Source: Takakia lepidozioides (lineage: Eukaryota; Plantae; Bryophyta). Taken from it: DNA of 64,000 bases. Where the stretch lies: the NCBI GenBank assembly GCA_030704615.1, contig CM060734.1, positions 12,710,001 to 12,774,000 of the forward strand, given 5' to 3'. The translations under genes were made by a program, and so were the position numbers. Numbering within the stretch: the stretch's first letter is position 1; each line of letters starts with the position of its first letter. This document shows positions 24,501 to 35,900 of this stretch, piece after piece. Under the pieces are notes generated by a model, which saw only the letters and a list, made by a program, of their open reading frames with translations, had not been told where the DNA came from and ran no database searches.

Positions 24501-27459
24501 CTGCACACACATACTCAGTATGTGCAAACAGTACTGAGTGGGCAGCGAACTTTGCAGACTTTGCAGCAGACCGGAGAACAGACCGGCCATCAGACTGCCC
24601 CTCAGCCGACTGTGCAGCAGACCAGCTAACATGACCACCAGACTGCCCCTCAGCAAATTGTACAACAGACCGTGCAGCAGACCGACGAATCCAGCCAGCA
24701 GATTGCCCCTTAGTAGACTGTGCAGCACACTGGCGAATCCACTCAGCAGATGGCCGAGCAGACTATCCAAGAGACTAACAGCCAGTCTGTTCCCTGGATT
24801 GTGCAACAGACTCGGATGCACTGGCCTCACTGGGACCCTGTGGACGAATTTCTGCTGAGTTCCCAACAACATGTTTTTGGATCTGTCAGTATGAGTGTTT
24901 TGACCGAGTCCACTTTTCCCCCAGGCACATTCACTGACGACGTCATCAGGTCACCGGTAAAGCATTCTTATCCAGCTCCCCGTGGCCTGCCTTCTATGAC
25001 CTTCCAGCTTAGTCTCGTTTTCGTGCGCTCAGTGGCGAAAGCCATAGATGAGTCTTACGTGATGACCGAACTCAATTTGGGAACGCAAAACCGTATCATA
25101 GATCTTACAGAAGAGTCTGAGGAAGCAATTGTCAGTGGGTCTTCCATACATGTTCTTGATGTTTCCCAAGTCCATGGAGATCCGAACACCCAGCCAGCTG
25201 TCCACCAGACTGACCAGCACACTGAACAGTGGACACATGGAAGGACTGCCGAGCAACCTGTGGCGAGGCAGCATATTGTCTTCATTGATGAGCAGACTGA
25301 ACCGCAAACTAACTAGCAGACTGCACAGGTCACAGATGGAAGGACTGACCAGGATGACTCAGAACGGCAGACTGCACAGCTCAGCTCTGACTGCACAGTT
25401 CAGACTGCACGGCCTGACCAACACACTGCACACTTCACAGAGGGAAGGACTGATGACCAACCTGCCACCGAGCACATTGCCCACATTGAGGAAGAGACTG
25501 AACCGCAGAGTTGCCAGCAAACTGCACAGTTCACAGACGAAAGGACTGACGAAGAACCGACGACCGAGCAGACTGCCCACATTGAGCAACAGACTGAACA
25601 TGCTGGCAGGCACACTGACAAGGAACCACATGCGGCGCAGACACAATCTGGTATAGCGCTGGATTACATGGAGTCTGCTCCCTCACCCCTTGGGCAGGTT
25701 GTGTCATTTCCTCTTTTAGCACTGTTGTTTATGTTTTAGCACATTGTGAAATTGGGCTAATTCGTCATTTTGCTCGGTATCCTCACAGGATGTTCGTCCC
25801 TCCATCGGCAGACTGTCTACTTCTAAGGACATGACATCTTCCGCCCATGCTGCAAACGTGGGATCAACAACCAAGAAAGGTGTAGGGGTGAGTACGCCCC
25901 CCGATGCGCGGGTCAGTTCTACGCATGCGACCCACGAAGCTGCAAAGACAGGTCCAGCAAGTGTAAACAAACCTGCTGACCAGCCTCTATTGCGAAGTAG
26001 GGCGACAGTACTATGTTTGTCTGCTCTATCCAGCCCGCCTACAGCTGTCCCTGCTTCCCAGGGGAGAGGTAAAGCCAAGAAGCGGACTGTCGTGGACCAT
26101 GCTGAGGAGGTAGAGGAGGGTCCGAGTACCAAGAGACCGGCGAAGAAAAAGTCTGGCGTCTTTATGAACAAGAACCGCAAGCTGGCCTTGGACATGGACA
26201 AAGATGTGGGTCGTTTCCTGGAGCAGCACAGGTGAGTACTGTGCTCAGTCTCCTCGTCTGTCTTTGTCGTTAAGTGCTTTGCGCTCTGTTGTGGTCAGTT
26301 TGCACGCTGGTCAGTCTGCTGCTGGTTTCATCATTGTCTGTTGTGGTTAGTCTTGTCAGTCTGATGAATTGTTCAGCCTGTAGAGTGTTTGGTACCATAT
26401 TGACGTCAGTCTGTTCAGTACATGAGGCTTCCCGAAGGATGGTCTGCTCTGTGCAGAATGGGTGCTCGGTTTGGCAAAACACATACTCTGCACGTGAAGG
26501 CGGGTAATTCCATGCTGATGTTTTTTTAAGGGGACCCACGGTTTGAATGTGGACTGTCGCCGGATGACATAAAGGCGCTCAAGAAGGTTGAGTCGGAGTG
26601 CACAGATAGACTCCTGGAGCTGTGGTGTCGATTCTATGAGAAGTCGGTTGAGGCTGCGTTCACCAACACTATTGTTGTTTTTCCAACGTCGACGTGGACG
26701 GTGTTGAAGTCATTGGGGGTGGGGCAACATGAAAGCCTTCTGGAGGTCTTGAAAGGTTGCCTCAGCACTGAACGACTGGGCAAGGACTTGAAAGAGTGCG
26801 ATTTCATTTTGGTGCCAATTGGGGACGAGTAAGAACTCTTCCGAGTCTGCTGAGACTGTCTCCTGAGTCATAGTTTGGTTTCGCAGTGTCGTCTTGACTC
26901 TGAGGACCTCTGTATTTGTGCAGTGGACTGGGTTTGAAGATTGAGTCTGCTGAGTGCTGAGTCTGCTGAGTGTCGGTCTGCTGAGTCTGCCCATCATGAT
27001 TGTGCAATGACGCCATGTTGTTTGATACCATTGCAGGGGGCACTGGAGTGTTTGTATCATCGACCTCCGCAAGGGCTGTTACACTCACCTGAACTCTATC
27101 AGGACTCGCATAAATGTCCCTTTGTTCTAGGGTGGATTCGGAAGCTTCATGCTGAGTGCTTAGGGTACTCGATGGACTCACCAGAGTGGCATGAGATTGT
27201 CCAAGCATTTCAGTTCCACGCGCCTGATGTGCCCCAGCAACCATTCAGCTGGGAGTGTGGCTTTTATGTCATGTCATTCATTCAAGTGTTTTATGAGTGG
27301 GTAAAAGTCAGAGCAAATGTCTCCAAGACTGCAAAGCCAGAGAGAGGAACACCTTTCACGAAGGACTGGTTTACTTTCAAGTTTGCACTTGGGCAGCGAA
27401 TGCAGTGTGCCCAGTATATCATGCGGGGGTTGGACAATGTAGAGAAACTGCTCTCATGA
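21572..27459 (+). pseudogene. MULE accessory gene: zinc-finger-like motif, unknown domain, Gln/Thr repeats and C-terminal Ulp1/C48 SUMO-type protease (spliced, disabled)
   Basis: FCPFCEEV..LNRHC motif; acidic stretch; globular segment 23454-24171; QT repeats 24350-25650; Ulp1 motifs DFILVPIG(~26805)|GHWSVCIIDL..HLNS (exon from 27037)..VPQQPFSWECGFYV. Stops and frameshifts present; the exact start and exon chain are inferred. Confidence 0.75.
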
Positions 27460-28071
27460 GTATGATGTACTTGTCATGTGAAGTCTATGTACCGAAATAA
27501 AAAATGCAGGTCTTTTCGCTTACTATTCCAGTGGTGATGAGCACTTTTGTGTACTGTGGGTGCTGGCATGTTTGTAATGTTGTCACTAAACTCAATGGAC
27601 ACAATGGTGTCAATTTTTCCATGCTGCTGAGCTTGAATGTGCGAGCAATACACTGCCGAGGCTAGGACTGCTGGGTCTGGTACCTAGTCTGGTAGGCACC
27701 ATGTCCATGAGTCCGCTGGGACGCTGGATTGGCATGAGTCGTTAGGGAGGTAGTCCATTGGAGCCTGTCCATTTTGAGTCTGCTGTTGTGGATGAGTCTG
27801 CTTGAGAGTTAGTCTGTCCAGCAGTCTGCTGGAAGAGTTGCAGGGATGAGGTGGAAGTGTGGTGAGCAGACTTTTGGAGTGGGCAGCAGACTGGCTTACT
27901 GGCGCTTGCAATCTGTTGACTGTGACTCTGTTGGGAGACTGTGCGTGAGTCCGTTGGGAGACTATGCTTGGAAGACTGTGTGGGAGTCAGTTGGGAGACT
28001 GGAGGAGACCGTTGGGAGACTGTGCATTAGTCCATTGCGGACTTGTATTTCAGAAAGGGACAATGCTACCA

Positions 28072-28269
28072 GAGGAATTGCAGACTTATATTGTCTTCTT
28101 CGTGACACCTACACGACGTGAAACCTTATCTCTTTTCGAGGAATTGCAGACTTATATTGTCTTCTCCGTGACACCTACACGACGTGAAACCTTGTCTCTT
28201 TTCGAGGCATTGCAGACTTATATTGTCTTCTTCGTGACATCTACACGACCTGAAACCTTGCGAATTTTC
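28072..28269. repeat. 66-bp tandem triplication at the transposase 3' end
   Basis: Units 28072-28137, 28138-28203 and 28204-28269 (GAGGAATTGCAGACTTATATTGTCTTC..). Confidence 0.92.
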
Positions 28270-31200
28270 GAGTATATATGTGCTGCAGGTGCAGGTGCAG
28301 ACACCCTCTTGCTGGTTCTCCGCAAAACCCTAGGCCGGGTTTTCCAGGCCTCCACAAAATCTCGTCTCCTTTTCAGAGACATGTTGTTGTTGTCGTTCAG
28401 AGGACGGAAAGCCTTCGCTGCCGCAGGGTGCAACATTCTAGCCGCATTTTTTGTCAGGATATCAACGAGCTGCCCTCTGCACATATGAAGAGCAGATCGG
28501 GCATGTGCCTCCAGGTATTTGTCATCACCTACAATGCGAAGTATGTCCGCGAATTCTTGTTCCATTGAGGCTGAGACCTCCAGAGGTGCCTCGTCGTAGG
28601 GGAAGTCGTCCGGAGGATGTCTTTCCATGAACTGATTGGATTCGTCGTTGTCGCCGGTACCATTGCCCAAGAGCAAGTTAGGTAATCCTCCATGAATGGT
28701 TCCCAGCGCCGTGCCACAAGCGCGCACAAGGAGGCCATCCTGCAGGTCAGGGTGAAGCATCTTCAGGACACGGACCTGATGCTTGCATAAGTTTCCCTTC
28801 ATTGCCCATGGGCACGTGCAACAACCCCAATCGCAATCAGGATTGTAAACAATGTATGTTGTGCCGGGGTGGTTGCTGCTGAGAACGTAGGCTGGTTCAC
28901 CAGACCCAAGGGAAGAGTAACACTCTCAGCAGGAATGTCTCGTGCCGCAAGTATAGAACTGGATATGTACTTTTCGTGTTTGTCATTTCTTATGAACCCG
29001 TGGGTCTTCAAATGGATTGCGTACCAGTAGTGTGTTCCCATATAAGCCAGTCCACTCTACGACCACTCATCTTGCCTTTCCCCATGGCAAGTCATGCCTT
29101 CAGATTTCCATGGTATGCCTCAATGCTTGCGTTTGTGTCTTGGCTCGCATGAGGGACATGGCGGGCTGCTGTACACCACATTGCTATTTTGGGCTTCCAG
29201 TACTGTTCGATATAGTCAAGAAATTCATGTCCTTTCGGGTATTTTGACCTCATACGACGGATTCTCCTTGCAACCCACCGAAGCGCTCTTTTCTCGTTGC
29301 GTGGTCCCCCTCTACAGTACATGAGGTCTCCCATATCCTTCAACAAGTTTACAGCGGTCACCGGATCCTTTGTTTTCTTGCATGATTGCTTCACCCATGC
29401 CTTGCGGACATGCCAAAGGCAGAGGAAAATGAGTACTCATTCAAAAACAATTCTGCACAACACACATGGTACACATTAGAGTCTTGGGATCGGACTGCAA
29501 TGGTGGACTGCCGGAGTGGACTGTAACAACGACCTGTATCAGCGGGCAGAGCCACTGGACTCGCCCAGTGGACAGTACAATGCCATGACGTTGATGTGCT
29601 GGAATAACCCCATTGGACTACCTAGTGGACTTCCCCATTGGACTTCCCCTAGCTAGGACTGGGGCAGCGGACTGCCACAACGGACTGCCGAGCGGATTTG
29701 CCAGGGACTGCCGAGTGGACTTGGCAGCGGACGGCCGACCCCAGGGACTGCTGAGTGGACTTAGCAGTGGACTGCCGAGCGGACTTGCCGGGGACTGCCA
29801 GTGGACTTGCCAGGGGACTGATGAGCGGACTTGACAGCGGACTACCAGTGGATTTGCCCAGCGAACTGCCATCGGGTTTTGCCACAGGAGTCTGCCAGTG
29901 GACTGTAGCAATGGACTGCTGCAGTGGACCTCGACAATGGACCGGTGATGTGGACCAACAGACTTACCGAATAGCGTTGATTTCTGCTTTGGCATCGTCC
30001 ACAATGAACGCATTGGGTCGCCAGCTCGGCAAATCTGCGAGGAGTGAATCGCGCAAGGCTCTCATCCACGGAACCAGGTCTCTTGTCCGATTCATCGCGG
30101 ATAGGATATATGCAACTGGTATACCGTTCAACCACTCGTCGAAGACCATCAACGTGTACAATGGGAACTGTTGGAATGCACAATGTAAGATGGTCAGAGC
30201 ATGCAAATTCCGCTCAGTTCTGCACGAGAAGACTTCATAAGAGTGATGAGGTTTGCAGCGGTTCACAATGGGTCTGCCCCTCGGTCTTCCGCAACGTATA
30301 CATGAAAACATACAGAAAGGGTTAGCACACCAAATATTATGTGAATGTTGCATGGTACTATGCTATCATGCTCGTACAAGTCCATGGAATCGTTCAAATA
30401 GTACATTGTCATGATTTGTCCCAAAGGTTGCATCACATGCAATGATACGGTCATGTTCTAGTTCCAGCATTCGTCGTTTCTGCCACGGAGTCTGTATGCC
30501 AATAGTGAATGGCAAATCTCCATCAAAATGCTCGAATGTTGGCTCTAATTTCTCCTCTTGATAGAAAAAAACGGACGCAGGATTCTGGTCTCTCCACATG
30601 CGCACACTCTCTGGATCATCGGCGTGCTTTTTGAAGGTTTGCCACGCACGTTTCTCGGCAAGGTTGCGAACATCTTGTTCCAACAAGAAATCATCGCAGG
30701 TCCATGCATCGCCCAAGCCGGTGTTGTTCATCACGTGCTCTTTATGCTCCATCATGATTTGGGTGACCGACAGGCCTCGACACAAACACTCGACGACCCA
30801 GGCTTTCAATTCCTCGCTAATGTGTGGTGCATAGGCGTGGTGGGTGTTCCTGAACTCTGCGGACTTCCCATGCGAGGGTTTCCTTTGCGCATCTGTATGC
30901 TCCATGTTGTTGTAGTACGTGAGGACAAAGATGTCAGGGGCGAGATAGCATTGCTGGACCTTGAAACAACATTGGCAACCACGTTTGTAAGACTCTCCAT
31001 ACTCCGACTTCTTTCTCCTTGGGCCTTTATGAGGGCAAGATGCTCCAGCACCCACAAGAGGTCCTCCACGCTTCTGTTTTGGATCCTCCACTATTGCCTT
31101 GTTGGTGCGCTTGTCATCAGGACCGTAGCAGCATTGATACCTGGGCAGAAAATTCTAAAATCGATATCCAACGACTTGAGGAAGCATAAAATCAGAGAAC

Positions 31201-31588
31201 TCGTGAAACAAAAAATGGCAACAGACATGCAATGAAACAGCAAAAGGATTGAGGATGGTGCACACATAATACTGGACAGAAATGTGTTGGCTCTGGGTGC
31301 TTTTCGCGAGCCGGGTTCCACTTTAGAATGGACATTCACCTAAAACTGAGTGGGGTAGTCCTCCAAACTCTCCTCTCCCAGGACGAAGTCACCAACTCTA
31401 TCCCAAGGTATGCAGGTCTTTTCAACATTCACTCGCACACCCATAAACCCATATTGCGTCTCACTCTTCCAATGGAGATCCTTTATGTTGAAGGGTCCTG
31501 GTTTTGCTGTTTGCAAACATTGTCGAAGAGGCCGTATAAGCGGGCTTTCCGTGATCAGTATATCATCGGGTTTTGCTTCCACGTCCAT
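28218..31588 (-). pseudogene. MULE DDE transposase with SWIM finger, At4g13970/At1g60560-like (spliced, premature stops)
   Basis: IPWDRVGDFV, YQCCYGPDD, KRGCQCCF, APHISEEL, FTIGIQTPWQ, CDATFGTN, PLYTLMVFD..IPVAY, FIVDD, CLWHVRKAW, SIEAYH and SWIM CTCPWAMKGNLCKH; GT-AG introns at ~31263-31144, ~30403-30170 and ~29968-29455. Confidence 0.9.
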
Positions 31589-31732
31589 GCCCTATACAGT
31601 ACAAAGGACACGCTTCTGAACATGCAAGAAACGCGCCGCAGTACAAGACACGATCGACAACGTGCCAGGAGAACAGTGCGCACGTTCGCGGCTGCTGGCA
31701 AGTGGCAGGCGGCAGGGATGCAGGTTTGAATT

Positions 31733-32156
31733 GCAGCCCTAAAAATGGAGGGCTCGAATGGGTTATGGGAATGGACGGTGACGATCCTGCGCCGTCAGCG
31801 GACTGGATGGCAGGGGACTGGCCAGCGGACTAGTGGGCAGACTGGCGGACTGACGGACTGCTGGGCAGCGGACTGGCCAACAGCGGACTGGCGGGCAGAC
31901 CGGCGGACTGGCAGATTGCTGGGTAGCGGACTGGCAGACTAGAGGGCAGCGGACTCATGGGCGGGGGACTGGCCGCGCGGCGGACGGGGGCGCGGTTGTT
32001 GCAGCCACGGTTGCTACAACCGCGCCCGCGGCTGGGCGACCGCGCGCTGCGGCGGGCGGGGCGGGCGGGTTGCTGGGAGCCAGGCGTCCGTGTGCGGGGC
32101 CCACCGGCCACATCGCACGTGCCCATTGAAGACCCTATTATCTTAAAATGAGAGGC
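31733..32156 (-). repeat. Right TIR of MULE
   Basis: Inverted copy of the left TIR, ending ..AAAATGAGAGGC. Confidence 0.95.
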
Positions 32157-32189
32157 CTATTTTACCACCAACACTAATTGGGGACCCAC

Positions 32190-32320
32190 ACTAAATGTAG
32201 TATTTGATACTTCCTTCTTGAGGGTGGAAGGTCAACGACACCTTTATGACGTCTAACATGTGGTTTGAACCCACGATCACTACTGAAGTAGTGTTATATG
32301 GCCTTACCAGTGGGCTAAAT
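32190..32320 (-). mobile_element. tRNA-derived SINE-like head
   Basis: Minus strand: A-box TAGCCCACTGG (32317-32307), CACTAC/GTAGTG hairpin, B-box GGTTCAAACC (32271-32262). Confidence 0.45.
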
Positions 32321-32969
32321 GTTGGTTGTCGACATTGCTAAAATGGTTGGGCCTAGTTCCACTTCAAGGCTCTTATTTACGCTATGTAACTTGGGTTGCC
32401 CTTCTCTCTCTGGATGGTCAACACTCAAATCGAGTCAACTGTCGGAATTCAGATATAAACATTAGTCCACCAACGACTTTCCACGCAACACCAATACAAG
32501 TGGGATGTGAGAAAACTATATACAATCGTGACACCATAATTTACGCTTCCTTCTGGTGCCACCATCCTTTATTTATTCTTATGATTATTTTCTTACCATT
32601 CGCTGTGCCGGTGGGGGCTAGAATAATATTTGACTGGGCAAGGCAACAGTGAAGCAGGGTAGGTGGTGCAATCACCGCTATGGATGTCGTAGCACCGTCC
32701 GTCCATCCGTCCGTCCGCCCGTCGGAGGATGGCTACGGATGGATGGCAGTCAGTCGATGCGACCAAACGGTCGCAATACGGCTGCGCCGAGAGCGTCAGC
32801 CGCGAGAACGGCCCCCTGCGAAGACAGAGTCGGGGGCCGGGCCGGGCATGATGGGAGACCTGACCCGCGCTGCATCTCCTTTAACACGCGGGTGCGAAAC
32901 CGTGTGTGTTTGCCGGGTGTGGACCACCTACGGTACGAAGATGATTCGGGCTTGAGGAGTGTCGGGGAG

Positions 32970-35900
32970 ATGAAGTCATTCAAGAAGCTCAGGGATTTTG
33001 CACTCTCCAGCCATAAATCCAAAGACAAGTCCAATGGTGCTGCGCATGTGTTACCAACACAGGATGTCGAGGAGGTCACCAAGGGCATGCAGGTTTGGCC
33101 TTGCCAAGCATTTTTTCTCTCGTGTATTCGAGCCAAGCATCTTCTTTGCTAAGCTTCTCTGTCACTTATGCTGAGTCTCTACATGCAAAGCGTCCTGTTG
33201 TTGTTGACAGAGAGGATCTGATGAGTCTGGATTCAGAGCAGAGTCCATTTTATTTGAGCAGAGTCATTTTATTATTATTTTTTCACATTCGCCTTGTATT
33301 TGATCACATCGAATCGTTTTTTTGATGCTTCTTAGATGTAAGAGTGCTATATTTGCTTTTGGCAGAGATTGGTTCTTGTCACGTTCCAGTAATTTTGCAG
33401 GTCTTGCAATCTTATTTTTGTAATATTTAGAACGGGTGTAAAACTTTGGAGTAATAAAGTCGACACTTTGTATAGTCTTTGATTTTTGGAATGTGCCCGC
33501 AGTGCGAACGAGTGCGAAACGATTTCGTCAGTCCTAAAATTTGTTTGAACAATGGTTCTATCAGTGTTTGGTATTGTCCAAGTCTGCCTTGAAGCACTTA
33601 AGCTTGTTAGAATGTCTCCTCTAGGCACATTAGCTGAATTTGTATCCATTATTCGGCAGTCCTTACTTGTTGCCCCTATCTAGAGGGGCTCTATAATCAA
33701 ATGCAACCAGCAGCATATCTGGTTGTCAAGTTTAGCTTTTGCGCCTTTAGCAGATGTGTACAACGGCGTGGCAGAGGTGTGTGCATGTTGACAGAGAGCG
33801 AGAGAGTAGAGCACTGGGCCTCACACATAAGCATCCTGACTGATGGACTGTTATAAGGCTTTTTATTCACCCCAGTTTGACATTCTGGAGCCACACACTT
33901 ATGACTGAAGGCAGCAACTTAGAATATGAGAGGCATGGATGAAACTGGACTTCCATGATATAGTTGATGTGCTTAAATTTTTTTCAGCTGACTAAGGTAA
34001 GCTCCAAATGTTGATCAGTTTGATGGATCTTTAAGGTTCACCTGCAAGGATGGTGTGCACACTGGAGGTGTCAGCTGTTATTATTACAGGGAAGGTCCCT
34101 GTTTGTCTGAGACGCCCATTGTGTTCACTGCCACGAAAATAATGGATTGACTGGAATATATATTTTGGGTCATATGAAATAGTATCATTCAGTTGCCGAA
34201 GAAAAACAGTCACAGGTCTCAAATGTTTTCTCAGATTTTCAAGTGATCGTGCAGGCAATAGTTTAACTACACCATAATCTGAAAGCTACGGATTGCAAGT
34301 AATTAATGGAGATGCTAGCTGTGATTGATGTGGTCAGCAGTGGGACTTCATCAGAAAAGTAATGGGAACCCAAAGTAACTGCCATTAAAGCAATGCTGAA
34401 CCTGTAGGGGTCATATTCCAAAGGCTTGCAAAGGGGGCATCCATTTCTCTTTCCCTAGAACTGCTTTAATAATGAATGGATTGTTTTGCTGGCCTTCTAG
34501 TTAAGCAAGAGCGATATTCTCTGCAGGATGTCCGGGCTATGGTACGACGATATGAGGGGTTGGTCACAGTGTCCTCCCAAGTTTCAACCCGCGCTTATGG
34601 TTAGTCTGTCATCTTACTGTTCTGTTCTTCTATAGTCTCCTTTTACGAGGGTCCAAGTGGGTTGTGGGTCATTAATACTAGTTGTGTTTTCCTCAACACT
34701 GAGCAATACTTCTTTGACCAGCATGGGACTGCTTCAGTCTGGGCGTGAGAGTCTGAAAGGGGAGCTCCTCTACATCCCATACAAACAGTTGATATTCATT
34801 TTCCTGTGTATTCAGCAACGTTGTGATCTATTAATGAGCCACCTTTAGTGTAGCCTATCTTCTCCTTGTTCAGGTGTATGCACATGACACCGAATCACAA
34901 GACATCGGGTTTTTTGGTTAATTTTGGAGTTTGGTTTTATGCTGCACAGACTTGTCTGCAGCTGTTCAAGAAATGGCCTCGTATCTCATCAACTCTTATG
35001 GGGTTCTAGACGAAGAGATTGGTAAACTTCCCTCCTCTCTGTTATTGAGACAACTGCTTTAGGATTGTGGGACCATCTTAAATGCAATAAGGCTGGAATA
35101 TAAACACAGAATAAGAAAGTACTAATAAAACTTTACTCGCTGTAGCCTTTTGGCCATAGACCTTTCCCCTGGTTTGGATAGACCACAGAGGGGAAAAGAT
35201 AGAGTAAGTGACTAGGGGAAAACAGAATGGGGCCACTGGCATTGCCGATTGCTGGCTCCACTACCTTTGGTGACTTACAAATGGTTTAGGCTTTCCAGAT
35301 TTCAATCTGGAACCTCTTAGGTGAGGATGGCCATCATTTCAAGGTTCTCATGTAGAGTAAAAAGAGGTGCACTTTCATGTCTATGCTGACAATCTCGGTC
35401 AGAGGAACCCATGGCACTGGTATTTTCAGCAACGTGTTCACAAATGGGCTCATGTTCTCCTTTTCCAGCTGGGTTAACTTATTGTTCAGATGTAAGAAGC
35501 CACTCTCCGTTAGAACAGAGACCTTGTCCCCAATGTGGAAGGCTGTGCCATTCTTAAGAGAGGCTAGCTGCACTTGGCCTCCCATACAGTAGACCCATAC
35601 TCTTAAGGTTGGTCAATTTGGACTGCACGAGCATGCAGGCTATTAAAATGAGACAACTCTTTCCTGCATTTCCACAAGCTTTTCGGTGTGTAGCTCCCAG
35701 CTATATCATGGGAGAATTGAGAGATGATATTAGGTGGCTGAGCATAGATACTGTTGTGCCACACCAACTTATCTGGATGGTGAGGCTGCATTTACCAGGG
35801 GATTCTTGTTCTTGGCAGTTGTGCTAAGGCCCTTTTGGTTGAATTGTGTCATCTTCTTAGCGGTCGTGGGGAGGTCAGGTGGGAAGAGGGATCTGTTGCT

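Larger units (their letters stand above)
19590..32156. mobile_element. Full-length Mutator-like element (12,567 bp) with two convergent genes
   Basis: TIRs 19590-20018 and 31733-32156; 9-bp TSD CTATTTTAC at 19581-19589 and 32157-32165; internal DDE-SWIM transposase (-) and Ulp1-containing gene (+). Confidence 0.96.

Noticed and set aside
27964-28488. Plus-strand ORF with EELQTYIVF repeats
   Set aside because: Antisense translation of the 66-bp triplication and the transposase tail.
29613-30013. ORFs such as MDYLVDFPIG.. and MRSLWTMP..
   Set aside because: They lie in a motif-repeat GT-AG intron of the transposase, or antisense to it.
32649-32969. N-terminal extension of the BAR protein from the ORF track
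   Set aside because: It starts at GTG; family similarity begins at the ATG at 32970, so this is likely 5' UTR.
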